In this document: positions 8,388 to 16,831 of the stretch, in pieces | Layout of the letters: each line of letters starts with the position of its first letter | How positions within the stretch are numbered: the stretch's first letter is position 1 | Source of the DNA: an uncultured virus (IMG/VR IMGVR_UViG_3300033074_000747) | Taxonomy: Duplodnaviria; Heunggongvirae; Uroviricota; Caudoviricetes | DNA length: 37,456 nucleotides | Strand: one strand, 5' to 3' | IMG/VR virus record: IMGVR_UViG_3300033074_000747 | Notes under the pieces: model-generated | What the model was told of the DNA's origin: nothing | Database searches by the model: none | What the model saw: the letters and a program-made list of their open reading frames with translations, nothing else | Program-made: the position numbers and the translations under genes

Positions 8388-8415
8388 GGGGGCCGCGCAT
8401 CCTCACCACGCGGAC
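8388..8415 (+). repeat. intergenic hairpin element B, copy 2
   Basis: GGGGGCCGCGCATCC-TCAC-CACGCGGAC immediately before the AAGGAG RBS of the next gene. Confidence 0.75.
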
Positions 8416-8428
8416 AAAGGAGCAAGCA

Positions 8429-8674
8429 ATGACCCGACAAGAATTCAACGATCTGAAAGTGGGCGACCTGGTGCGACACAAGTCCAGAGCCGGACGCATG
8501 GTGACCCTGGTGGTCACCGGCCACTACGGCGACCACGTCACCGCCATCGACACTCACGACCTCACCAACCCAGGAGAATGGGACGTTGTCAGCAAGGCAG
8601 GCCACGTGAACCCGAGCCGGCACTGCGGGTCGTTCGAGAGCCACCTTGATGACCCACTAAGGCTGGACGACTAA
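8429..8674 (+). CDS. small KOW/SH3-like protein (81 aa)
   Basis: AAGGAG RBS; LKVGDLVRH beta-barrel start motif. Confidence 0.65.
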   Translation: MTRQEFNDLKVGDLVRHKSRAGRMVTLVVTGHYGDHVTAIDTHDLTNPGEWDVVSKAGHVNPSRHCGSFESHLDDPLRLDD

Positions 8675-8697
8675 CTACTTGAACGGAGGAGAGGCCG

Positions 8698-8790
8698 ATG
8701 AGTACAAGCGACAAGATCTTGATGTGGGCCGCGATCCTGATCGTAGGGACCGTGGTGCCGCTGCTGGTATGGAGTTTGATCCTCAACTAA
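8698..8790 (+). CDS. 30-aa single-pass membrane peptide (not in ORF track)
   Basis: GGAGGAGAGG RBS; MSTSDKILMWAAILIVGTVVPLLVWSLILN*; stop sits just before the terminator. Confidence 0.65.
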   Translation: MSTSDKILMWAAILIVGTVVPLLVWSLILN

Positions 8791-8794
8791 TCCC

Positions 8795-8837
8795 ACCCCC
8801 GCTCCAGCTCTTCACCGGGCCGGGGCGGGGGTTTTTT
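8795..8837 (+). terminator. Rho-independent terminator of the + strand arm
   Basis: ACCCCCGCTCC...GGGGCGGGGGT stem followed by a T6 run. Confidence 0.85.
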
Positions 8838-8840
8838 CGT

Positions 8841-9293
8841 GCCCTGCGGTTAGGTATACGGATGAATAGTAGTATACGTCGGTATACCTAACTCCTAGAA
8901 CCCTCTAAAACGCACTAGAAAGGCCGATCCTCCTCGCTAGGGTAGACCTACCTGCCCCCTCCCCGATCGGCCCGTAGCGGCTGCCGTAGCGTCTCCTAGA
9001 CCTATACCGTAGCCCGGCCCGGTAAACCTACTCTAGACCTGCTTACCCTCCTCCGACTACCCCATCTAGTATACGCCTATATACCTATCCTCTTAAACCG
9101 TCTAAAACGATCTAGGACGCACGATCCCGGATAAAGGTAAGCTACCCTTACCCATACCCTAGATCGTGCGTCCTACGCTGCCCCGGAGCCTCTGCCGGGC
9201 ACGTTACCCTTCTTCCCCGATACCCTGCCCGTATCCTCCCGCCCGTACGCGCCCGCGTAGGTATACGCGCGTATACGCCCGCCCGCAGGCGCG
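8841..9293. other. non-coding palindrome-rich junction between convergent arms (candidate origin/packaging/recombination locus)
   Basis: Inverted repeats 8849-8859/8882-8892, 8922-8929/8965-8972, 9113-9126/9162-9175; perfect 16-bp palindrome 9261-9276; six TANACCT copies; TA-rich, TG/CA-poor. Confidence 0.6.
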
Positions 9294-10325
9294 CTACCCG
9301 CCCGCCAGCTCTACTAGCCGTCGCATTGAGTGGGCCGCATGCTCCGTCGAGATCCCCGGAGTAAGAGGCAGATAGAGCACCAGGCAGGCGGCCAGGAGCG
9401 AGTTTGGCGTCAGCCCCTCTTTCGCCATTCGACATTCCTGGTACTCCTCCTGGAGGTGGAGCGGCCAGAACGCGCACCGGGCCGCTATCCCTTTGGAGTT
9501 CAGCTGCCGGACGATGCCCCTGATCCAGTCGGGATTGCAGCTCGTGTCCCCTCGGTCCGGTAGCCTCACGTCATAGACCCAGGGAGCCTGGCGAGGCGGC
9601 ATCCTCCACTCGTCGGGGCACAGCCGATCGTACACCACCTCTATCTCCCGCCGCTCCTCCACGTCCAGCTCGTACTGATGGGTATTCTGGTCTGGCCAGT
9701 AGCGGAACTTCTCCAGGATCAGGGCGGCGTGCGCGTTGCTCATCCGGTAGTTATGGCCACGAGGAACGTGCTGGAAGTCGTGGGCGTCGGTGAATCCCAG
9801 GCTGCGCAGTTGACGGGCCAGACGAGCGTGGTTGGGGTCTCGGAAGGCCACCGCGCCGCCCTCCTCCCCGGCGATGATCTTGTTCCGATAGAAGCTCCAG
9901 CAGGCCGCATCCGTATCAGGGTGAGGTGCGACTCCATGCGCTTCAGCAAGGTCTTCGATCACTGGATGGCAGACCCCGGCAGTAGAGTGAATCCAATCCA
10001 TGTCAACTCGACGACCATAAACATGAACTGCCATGAATGCAGAGTAGGGTTCGATCGTCGCGATACCGAGCGATAGGCCATCATCCATCAGCAGGTCGTC
10101 CCTGCAGTCTACGAACACCGGCGTCAGGCCCGCGAGCGAGACCGCTCGGGCGCAGGCGATCATCGTGAAGTCGGGCACGATCACCTCCGACCCCCTCGGT
10201 AACTGTAGTGCTTCCAAGGCCAGGTGGAGCGCTGCCGTCCCGGACGAGCACGCCACCACCTGCTCCGGCTTGTACAGTCCCGTCCAGCCAGCAATCTCGA
10301 CCTCAAGCTCTTGAAACGGCTCCAT
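9294..10325 (-). CDS. DegT/DnrJ/EryC1/StrS family PLP-dependent sugar aminotransferase (343 aa)
   Basis: CSSGTAALHLAL, EVIVPDFTMIA, PVFVD, VHVYG, IEDLAEAHG, SFYRNKIIAGEEGG (catalytic Lys), GHNYRMS; start placed at ATG 10325 after AAGGAG. Confidence 0.92.
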   Translation of the reverse strand: MEPFQELEVEIAGWTGLYKPEQVVACSSGTAALHLALEALQLPRGSEVIVPDFTMIACARAVSLAGLTPVFVDCRDDLLMDDGLSLGIATIEPYSAFMAVHVYGRRVDMDWIHSTAGVCHPVIEDLAEAHGVAPHPDTDAACWSFYRNKIIAGEEGGAVAFRDPNHARLARQLRSLGFTDAHDFQHVPRGHNYRMSNAHAALILEKFRYWPDQNTHQYELDVEERREIEVVYDRLCPDEWRMPPRQAPWVYDVRLPDRGDTSCNPDWIRGIVRQLNSKGIAARCAFWPLHLQEEYQECRMAKEGLTPNSLLAACLVLYLPLTPGISTEHAAHSMRRLVELAGG

Positions 10326-10383
10326 CGCACATGCTCCTTGATATATTGCCGATGCTCGTAGGGTATGGTCTTGGGTGACGTCA

Positions 10384-10653
10384 TCACTCGACCTCTGCCG
10401 GGCCGGGGATCTTCCTGGGAGGAGAGTAGGTTGGAGTGGTCTGGTTGTTCTGGCTTGCGGCCGTCCTGCGAAGGTAGATCTGGTACGCCACGGCGTTCCT
10501 CTGGCGGACGAGGGCCAGGTAATAGTTGGCGCGCTGCTGGCGGAGGTACGCCTGGTAGACGGCCTCGGCCTGCGCCCTCCGGTAGCAGACCTGCCCGAAC
10601 GATGATTGACACCCCGCCGCCAGTAGCACAAGAATCAAGATTATTCTACGCAT
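10384..10653 (-). CDS. putative lipoprotein / secreted small protein (89 aa)
   Basis: GGAGGTG RBS; MRR + hydrophobic core + LAAGC lipobox-like sequence. Confidence 0.65.
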   Translation of the reverse strand: MRRIILILVLLAAGCQSSFGQVCYRRAQAEAVYQAYLRQQRANYYLALVRQRNAVAYQIYLRRTAASQNNQTTPTYSPPRKIPGPAEVE

Positions 10654-10922
10654 AATACACCTCCCAGGTCCTGTTGGTCGCCCCTTGTGAGTATAGACTC
10701 CAGTACCAACTCGGCGGCCTCTATCGCCTGTCGAAGCGAGCTGGACGCCCCTCGGTGGTTAGTGCTGTTGATGAACCACACCCACCCGTAGCTGTCGTTC
10801 ACAGGCTCGTTGAAGTAGACCTCGGCCATTGACTCGCGGACGATCCCTTTCACCTTCTTGCCGAGCACCCAGTCGTTGTTCCCCAGGTGCTGCCACTCCA
10901 AGCCCATCTCGTCGATCTTCAT
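10641..10922 (-). CDS. hypothetical protein (93 aa)
   Basis: GAAGGTGA RBS; protein-like composition; fits the operon. Confidence 0.65.
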   Translation of the reverse strand: MKIDEMGLEWQHLGNNDWVLGKKVKGIVRESMAEVYFNEPVNDSYGWVWFINSTNHRGASSSLRQAIEAAELVLESILTRGDQQDLGGVLCVE

Positions 10923-10929
10923 GTCACCT

Positions 10930-11076
10930 TCACATCGGAAAGAACCAGGACAGGGCCGCCAGCGTCACGGCGAGGGCCGCCCACAGCAGGGCCATCTGCA
11001 CCCTCGCCCTCCTCACCGCCGCCCTGTAGTGCTCCACGTCACGGATCGGTCTCAGATCCTTCTCTCGGTCTTCCAT
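10930..11076 (-). CDS. small membrane protein (48 aa)
   Basis: GAGGAGG RBS + ATG 11076; C-terminal hydrophobic helix ALLWAALAVTLAALSWFF. Confidence 0.6.
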   Translation of the reverse strand: MEDREKDLRPIRDVEHYRAAVRRARVQMALLWAALAVTLAALSWFFPM

Positions 11077-11086
11077 GAACCCCTCC

Positions 11087-11761
11087 TCAGGCCGACTTGC
11101 TCCTCTCGTTCCTCGACCGCAGCAGCTCAAGCATCCGGGAGAACCGCTCTACCATCCACCGGTGGACGTGCAGCATCACCCGAGCGTCGGTGGCCTTCAC
11201 CACCCTGCCGTCGGGCATCTGGCCGTCCTTCTCCGTCAGAGCGTTGTCCAACTCGGCGAGACGGTGCCCCACGTCCTTCAGCTGACCCTTGATGTCGCCG
11301 CTCTCCGCCAGGCCCCAGAACCGGCAGGCGTCCGAGAAGCGGATCTCGTCCTTGCCCCCGTCGTTGAACAACCCAAGCACACCTGACCCGTAGACCCCAT
11401 TCAGCAGTCGCAGGTCCAGGTCTCCCAGCTCGTGGTGGTCAGGTCGAGGTGGCTCGGCCTCTCCGCTGGCCCGACATATCCAGGCCCTCCCTTGCCTCGT
11501 CAGGGCGTAGCTCCTCACCTTCAGCCGATGGAGGAATCCCTTTCGGACCAGGCCGCGGTTCCCCATCACCGAGCTGAGAATCTTGTTCGAGTCGGGGTGC
11601 TGTCGCTCGTACCCGGCCAGCCCCAGCTCCGCCGGGAACTTCCGCCAGGCTGCCACCACCAGGTCTGCGTCAGTGAACGGCTCGGGCACGTCCTTCAGGC
11701 TCAGCAGGACCATCCCCGTGATGCTGCTGGGCCTGATCTGGTTCTTGTTACTAGGGTTCAT
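11087..11761 (-). CDS. winged-helix-like protein, planctomycete-type (224 aa)
   Basis: FTDADLVVAAW.KFP..LGL.GY...HPDSNK....VMG..GL...G.L......YALT..G pattern ending in a wHTH wing; ATGA overlap with upstream gene. Confidence 0.6.
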   Translation of the reverse strand: MNPSNKNQIRPSSITGMVLLSLKDVPEPFTDADLVVAAWRKFPAELGLAGYERQHPDSNKILSSVMGNRGLVRKGFLHRLKVRSYALTRQGRAWICRASGEAEPPRPDHHELGDLDLRLLNGVYGSGVLGLFNDGGKDEIRFSDACRFWGLAESGDIKGQLKDVGHRLAELDNALTEKDGQMPDGRVVKATDARVMLHVHRWMVERFSRMLELLRSRNERSKSA

Positions 11762-12369
11762 GTCTTCCTCCGATAGTTGTCCTCAGAATATCCGTACCTG
11801 ACGAATGCATCCATCTCGGCCTCGTAGATCCGTCTGGCCGCCCGGTCCGCGTAGAGGGTCCTCGCCCGATAGTCGTCCAGGGTCCCTGCCCTGTTGGCCG
11901 GCGGGCAGTTGAGTATTGCCCTGCAGTCGGCCGCCCCTCCTCTCGCGACCAGGTATCCCAGGAGGTCGCTGCACAGCGTCTCACTCTTGAGGACTACCAC
12001 GCTGCCCCCTCCAGGGTCGTATCGCTCGTACAACTCGGTGAGGAACCCAGGTCGCCCCTCGACCACCGCATCGACGAACCCCTCGAAGGTCGGCTGGACG
12101 TAGTCCCCGTGGCCTATCGCCAGGTCGCCGCCCCATCCCTCCTTGTCCCTCCACGCCCAGAATGAGGCGTACCAGGCGTAGGGGTTCCTCACGCTGACGA
12201 ATCGAGGCCAGTCCGGCTCGACCTCCGAGCTGTGGAAGTGGTCGGAGTGCTGGTATCCCTCGTACCGGTTCGGCACCCCCGCCGCGTCCAGGGCCGACTT
12301 GACCCAGGTGCCGCCGGTCTTATAGATGTGGAGGTACACGGACTTGATCGAGGGAATCACCAGTGCCAT
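11758..12369 (-). CDS. sulfotransferase family protein (203 aa)
   Basis: 5'-PSB loop YLHIYKTGGTW, 3'-PB motif FVSVRNPY.WY.S, C-terminal Y..D...F.Y. Confidence 0.78.
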   Translation of the reverse strand: MALVIPSIKSVYLHIYKTGGTWVKSALDAAGVPNRYEGYQHSDHFHSSEVEPDWPRFVSVRNPYAWYASFWAWRDKEGWGGDLAIGHGDYVQPTFEGFVDAVVEGRPGFLTELYERYDPGGGSVVVLKSETLCSDLLGYLVARGGAADCRAILNCPPANRAGTLDDYRARTLYADRAARRIYEAEMDAFVRYGYSEDNYRRKT

Positions 12370-12372
12370 CGC

Positions 12373-13440
12373 TTACTCCCAGGGCCAGCGGTGTCCCGCC
12401 TGCTCGTAGTACTTGATCGTCTTCCTCAGGGCGTCCTCCAGCGTCACCATCTGCGACTGCTGGGTCAGCATGCTCTCCGGCCCGCATGCCTCCCGGATCT
12501 TGGTGTTGTCTGACTGCAGGTGCCAGATCTCCCACGGCCGCTGCCGTGCCGGGTCGGTGATCACGTTCACGTCGACGCCCATCAGCGAGCCGACCATCTT
12601 CGCCAGCTCGTAGATCCTAACCGAGCGCTGCGACCCCAGGTTGTAGACCTCCCCGAACGATCCTCTCTCCAGCAGCTCCACGGCGATCCGGACGGCGTCA
12701 CCCGCGTACATGAAGTCTCGACTGCTGTCGTTCCCCAAGAACACCTTGGCGGGCCACATCGTCCTCGGCTCGCCGTTCCGATGGTGGATCTGACTGACGA
12801 TCTCCGGGATGACGTAGGGGTGGGTCTCACGCTCGCCGATGCAATTGAACTGGCGAAGTGCAATCACCGGCGTACCGCGCTCCTTCCACGCCACCTGGCA
12901 GTAGGAGTCGACCGCTGCCTTGGCTGCTCCGTAGCTGGAGTGGGGACAAACCGGATCAGCTTCGCATATGGGGTAGTTCTGAACGTCCCTGCTTTGATGC
13001 TGGCGAGCCTGGTTTATAGAAGCCTCACGGCGACTGGTGACACTACCCTCTCCATAGATCTCCGCCGACGACACCTGGAGCACGGCCTGGCATCCGGCCT
13101 CCTGCGCCGCGTTGATGACCTTGATCGCCCCCATGAAGTTCACGTCGCACACGTGGAGGGGCCTGGCGAAGCTGTCGGGGATGTACGGCCACGCTGCATA
13201 GTTGAACACGTACTGGATGTCGTACTTCTTGAATAGCCCTTTCATCCGTCCCTCCGACCCCGTGATGTCGTGGTGGAAGAACAGGGCGTTCTTGTGGACG
13301 AACTCTCTCCGCCCTACGCACAGGTTGTCGATCACCATCACCTTGCACCGGCGGTCCTCGACGAGGTGATCGACCAGATGGCTGCCGAGGAACCCGGCCC
13401 CGCCCACCACCGCCACAGGACAATCTCGTATCGTTCTCAT
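12373..13440 (-). CDS. NAD-dependent nucleotide-sugar epimerase/dehydratase, extended SDR (355 aa)
   Basis: GGAGFLGSHL, IDNL, VSSAEIYG, YGAAK, LRQFNC.G, RDFMYAGD, YNLGS. Confidence 0.93.
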   Translation of the reverse strand: MRTIRDCPVAVVGGAGFLGSHLVDHLVEDRRCKVMVIDNLCVGRREFVHKNALFFHHDITGSEGRMKGLFKKYDIQYVFNYAAWPYIPDSFARPLHVCDVNFMGAIKVINAAQEAGCQAVLQVSSAEIYGEGSVTSRREASINQARQHQSRDVQNYPICEADPVCPHSSYGAAKAAVDSYCQVAWKERGTPVIALRQFNCIGERETHPYVIPEIVSQIHHRNGEPRTMWPAKVFLGNDSSRDFMYAGDAVRIAVELLERGSFGEVYNLGSQRSVRIYELAKMVGSLMGVDVNVITDPARQRPWEIWHLQSDNTKIREACGPESMLTQQSQMVTLEDALRKTIKYYEQAGHRWPWE

Positions 13441-13449
13441 TGCTTTCTC

Positions 13450-13611
13450 CTATCCCAGTCTCTGGGATCGCTTGAATATCTCCAGCTCGATCTCGGCGCG
13501 CTCCGCCCGCATCGCCGCCACCTGCTGCCACAGCTTCTCCTCGTCCATCCTCAGCTGCAGCGTCCGCTCCTGCATCTCCACGACGGTCATAGCTTGCACT
13601 GGCTTCGGCAT
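13450..13611 (-). CDS. 53-aa coiled-coil peptide (not in ORF track)
   Basis: TGATG overlap with the methyltransferase stop; MPKPVQAMTVVEMQERTLQLRMDEEKLWQQVAAMRAERAEIELEIFKRSQRLG*. Confidence 0.6.
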   Translation of the reverse strand: MPKPVQAMTVVEMQERTLQLRMDEEKLWQQVAAMRAERAEIELEIFKRSQRLG

Positions 13612-14114
13612 CACTCCACGCTCCCCTCGTCGTCAGGATCGTATTCCAGGTACAGCAGTCTTCGGGCCATGCGCCTCAGCTCGGCCTCCATCTTGCTCCA
13701 CTCCTCGTCGCCCAGGTTCCGCCTCACCATCGGGCGGATGCTGATCATCACGGCCCAGTCGAACTGGTAGCCGCCCCTGGTCTCGATCCGGCGGAGGTCT
13801 CCCACCACGAACTGACGCTGGGGGTGTTCCACGCGGGCCAACTCGATGAAGTCGGGCGACAGGTCCATCCCCACGTAGTCGCCGCACCAGGTCTCTGGCA
13901 TCAGGCTCAGCAGGCGGCCCCAGGCACACCCGGCGTCGAGCACGCTGTCGGTGTCCCTTATCCTGTCTCGAAGGATCTGCCGGTGCTTCTCCTCGATGGC
14001 GATCCAGCGCTCCAACGGGCAGCGGAAGATGGCGTGGTGCCTCTGGCTGCCGGACGATCGGAGCCGCTGTCGCCAGTAGCCTGTATCATCGATAGGTTCA
14101 GGATCTTTGCTCAT
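13611..14114 (-). CDS. class I SAM-dependent methyltransferase (167 aa)
   Basis: VLDAGCAWGRL (motif I), YVGMDLSPDFI, FVVGDL, FDWAV. Confidence 0.88.
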   Translation of the reverse strand: MSKDPEPIDDTGYWRQRLRSSGSQRHHAIFRCPLERWIAIEEKHRQILRDRIRDTDSVLDAGCAWGRLLSLMPETWCGDYVGMDLSPDFIELARVEHPQRQFVVGDLRRIETRGGYQFDWAVMISIRPMVRRNLGDEEWSKMEAELRRMARRLLYLEYDPDDEGSVE

Positions 14115-14129
14115 TACCGTCCTCCATAT

Positions 14130-14366
14130 CTACCAACCACGGACCTCGAACTGCGACTGCTCGGTCGGCTCCACCTCGTCGAGCTGGATGTGCGCAGCGA
14201 CCTTCTTGCCCTCTTCTCCACCCGCCGTCATCAGGTAGTGCATCGCCGGGCTGAGGTGGATGCGGCTGCCGTCCCACAGCGCCCTCCGCCTCCCGGTCAG
14301 GTCGGGACGGGACACCAGCGGCACCCTCTCGCCTCGCCGGGCCTCTAAGAACTCAAGTAGGGTCAT
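14130..14366 (-). CDS. hypothetical protein (78 aa)
   Basis: AGGAG RBS; GC3-rich codons; fits the operon. Confidence 0.65.
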   Translation of the reverse strand: MTLLEFLEARRGERVPLVSRPDLTGRRRALWDGSRIHLSPAMHYLMTAGGEEGKKVAAHIQLDEVEPTEQSQFEVRGW

Positions 14367-14400
14367 TGTCTATACTCCTGGTTCAACTTGTCCGCCAAGC

Positions 14401-15414
14401 TCATAGTAACCTCTCCCTCACGACCTCGATCAGCCGCTCGCATCGGTGCCGGTACGTGTGCTCCCGCATGGTGCGCTGGTATCCCGCCCACGCGATGTCA
14501 GCCCGCTTCTTCGGGTTGCCCAGGTAGTCCACCATCTTCGAGTGCAGCTCCATCCGGCTGCCGTACATCACCAGGTCGGTGCCGTCCTCGTACTGCTCCT
14601 GGAGCCGAGCGCACCGAGGGTGGAACAGGAATGCGGCGAACCCTAGCATATTATAAACCCTGTTGCTCCAGTAGTTGTCCGTCACCGGACCGTCCGGAGC
14701 CACGACCACGTCGTGCCTGGATATCAGCTCGGCCATGTCCCGTCCGTGGACCCCCCTCTGCACGTGAGTGAACTTGTCGCCGTACGCCCACCGCATCTCG
14801 CTGACGAAGCTCTCCCTCGTACGCCCGCCCGCCCGTATGCCCGTGAAGAGGATGCTGCCTGGAATCCTCTCGGTCGGATAGGCCACGCCCGGACCAGTTA
14901 CTCTCTCGTCGACCCCCTGCGTCAACCATACCAGCTTACCATTGCTAGGATCTGGGACAACCCCAGTGGCCTGACAGTAAGCACACGGGTTGTAATCGTC
15001 GTCTGGATTCTTCTCTGTTCCGAAGCACTTGGGACAAGCACCCTCCTCCGTCGCGTTCACGTAGTCTACCCAGTCCCCGTCGGTGCAGAAGCCTAGCTCC
15101 ACGTGGGGCAGCATGTTCTTCATCCAGGCGATCCGCTGGTCGCACCTGCCGCGTATCGTCGGGTCCGGGAAGTCCACCAGGTCAAAGTACCAGAACACGC
15201 GCGGGGCTATCCCGCGGAGGGACTGCACCGTATTGTAATCCTGCCACTTGTGGAACAGATAGAGGTCGGCCCCCTCTATGCGCCGAGCCTTGTGACCCTT
15301 GGCCTCGCCGAGACGTTGGACGTCGTGCCCCAGCTGGACGAGGGCGTGAGTGATAGCCCCCTCGTCGTCGTTGCTGTTCGACTGGTCATGGTTGGCGATA
15401 TAGACTATCCGCAT
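14401..15414 (-). CDS. CgeB-like GT-B glycosyltransferase with Zn-ribbon insertion (337 aa)
   Basis: MRIVYI..LGHDV start; YWSNRVY..LG...F, L..QYEDG.DLV.Y, IA.AGY.R....HTY.HR typical of Glyco_trans_1_2; CPKC...CAYC insert. Confidence 0.85.
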   Translation of the reverse strand: MRIVYIANHDQSNSNDDEGAITHALVQLGHDVQRLGEAKGHKARRIEGADLYLFHKWQDYNTVQSLRGIAPRVFWYFDLVDFPDPTIRGRCDQRIAWMKNMLPHVELGFCTDGDWVDYVNATEEGACPKCFGTEKNPDDDYNPCAYCQATGVVPDPSNGKLVWLTQGVDERVTGPGVAYPTERIPGSILFTGIRAGGRTRESFVSEMRWAYGDKFTHVQRGVHGRDMAELISRHDVVVAPDGPVTDNYWSNRVYNMLGFAAFLFHPRCARLQEQYEDGTDLVMYGSRMELHSKMVDYLGNPKKRADIAWAGYQRTMREHTYRHRCERLIEVVRERLL

Positions 15415-15560
15415 GTTTTGGGTTCCTTGGGATTGATGATTGGCGTGGGACTCCTCTTGAACGTTCCGCCACAGTTATAGCAGTAGAGGGTTTGATACCC
15501 TTGCTGATCTACGATTAGCGACGACCACGTGTGAGTTGACCCGCACTCCGGGCACTTCAT
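15405..15560 (-). CDS. small Zn-ribbon protein (51 aa)
   Basis: ATGA overlap at 15557-15560; MKCPECGS...YCYNCGGTF. Confidence 0.65.
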   Translation of the reverse strand: MKCPECGSTHTWSSLIVDQQGYQTLYCYNCGGTFKRSPTPIINPKEPKTCG

Positions 15561-16792
15561 TTCATTGATGCCATCTGGCATAGTAACTCCTTGTACTTCG
15601 GTCCCAGCACCCCCCACGACATCGACCGCCGCCACTCCACCGCTGACTCCGAGTACGCCGAGATGTCCCGGCCGTACCACTCGTCAATCTTGGCCGCGAT
15701 GTCTTTAGGGTCAATCACCGCCTCATCGAACTCCAGGAACCGCGCTGCTGCCCTCTGACGAGTGTACCCCTGGACTGGAATAAGAGGGTTAATCTCCTCA
15801 TCTGATACTCTTACTGTTCCGGGCAATGGGACCAGAGGGTTGTATCGTTCCTCCTTGAAGGACATCGTTGACATCCCTGTTTTCATCTTAGAGGGGAGCC
15901 AGGTATTCATTGGGAATCGGTCGGTCGCCATCACCAGCATACCGGCAGCGCGAGCCTCCTGGAGCGGTAGTGACAGGCCGTTGAACTTCTCTGGGAAGAT
16001 GAACACATCGCCTTCGGTGTAGAGGCTATCCCTTAGCATACTGCCTATCTGGAGGATCAGGGTCTGACCCTTGGAGTTGATAAGTGATTCGTCAGCTGTC
16101 GAAGTCCAACAGCCGCCTCCGGTTTCCCACTCCAGCTGATCCTGACTACGGATAATGAACTTGGCTGGCGACTTCACTAGCCAAATAGCCTCGATCAATT
16201 CAGCTGTCCCGTTCCGCCCCTTCAGCCCCCCGTGGCCCGCGTTGTGGACGAACACCTCCGCCCTCTCGCGCTTGCGATAGGGGACCCAATCGGGCACGGG
16301 TACTGGGGTAAACGCGCACCAGGGCTGGACGCTGTAGTCTTTACACGCCGCCCAGGACTTCTGGAACGGAGTCACAAGCCATTGCGAAGGTAGGTGGCCG
16401 TCAATAAAGTACCGCAGATCCAACAGCGACGGGCACAGGAAGGCGTCTGGTCTCGCGGGAAGCTCCGTCGGCGTGCATTCGTACATCGGCATCAGCGCGG
16501 CGGGCTTTCCAATAGCGCGGCAGTAGTCGAGTAGTTCCCAATAAAAAGGCGTCTCAAAAAACAGCATGACGTCGCAACGGTCGCATAGTTCCTTGGCCCG
16601 GCGCATATCCTCCGGCGTGTGCCTCCCGCTGAGGGGGTCTCCAGCGTATGGATACCACTCTGGGTGCATCTTCCGCGTCCGATGCTTCATGACCAGAACG
16701 TCGGTCACAATGCCGTGGTCGTAGAAGTCTTTGGCCAGGATGCCGAGGCCCTGCTCGGTCGAGAATACGATCGAACCAACTCTGATAGACAT
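15557..16792 (-). CDS. GT4-like (GT-B) glycosyltransferase (411 aa)
   Basis: DVFIFPEKFNGLSLPLQEARAAGMLVMATD..PMN matches the GT4 donor-binding segment; FVHNAG, RNGT..LIEA. Confidence 0.85.
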   Translation of the reverse strand: MSIRVGSIVFSTEQGLGILAKDFYDHGIVTDVLVMKHRTRKMHPEWYPYAGDPLSGRHTPEDMRRAKELCDRCDVMLFFETPFYWELLDYCRAIGKPAALMPMYECTPTELPARPDAFLCPSLLDLRYFIDGHLPSQWLVTPFQKSWAACKDYSVQPWCAFTPVPVPDWVPYRKRERAEVFVHNAGHGGLKGRNGTAELIEAIWLVKSPAKFIIRSQDQLEWETGGGCWTSTADESLINSKGQTLILQIGSMLRDSLYTEGDVFIFPEKFNGLSLPLQEARAAGMLVMATDRFPMNTWLPSKMKTGMSTMSFKEERYNPLVPLPGTVRVSDEEINPLIPVQGYTRQRAAARFLEFDEAVIDPKDIAAKIDEWYGRDISAYSESAVEWRRSMSWGVLGPKYKELLCQMASMK

Positions 16793-16831
16793 GACCTACC
16801 CTCACGGCTAGATAGATTGTTAGACACCTGT

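Noticed and set aside
8841..9300. CRISPR array, tRNA, or the ORFs 9148..9477 and 9166..9375 in the junction
   Set aside because: No constant repeat with unique spacers, no cloverleaf or T-loop; the ORFs lack RBS and use atypical codons.
10326..10631. 102-aa N-terminal extension of the DegT ORF, and the overlapping MTSPKTIPYEH... ORF from 10384
   Set aside because: The extension overlaps the lipoprotein gene and is low-complexity; ATG 10325 has its own AAGGAG. The alternative ORF runs out of frame into DegT with no recognisable features.
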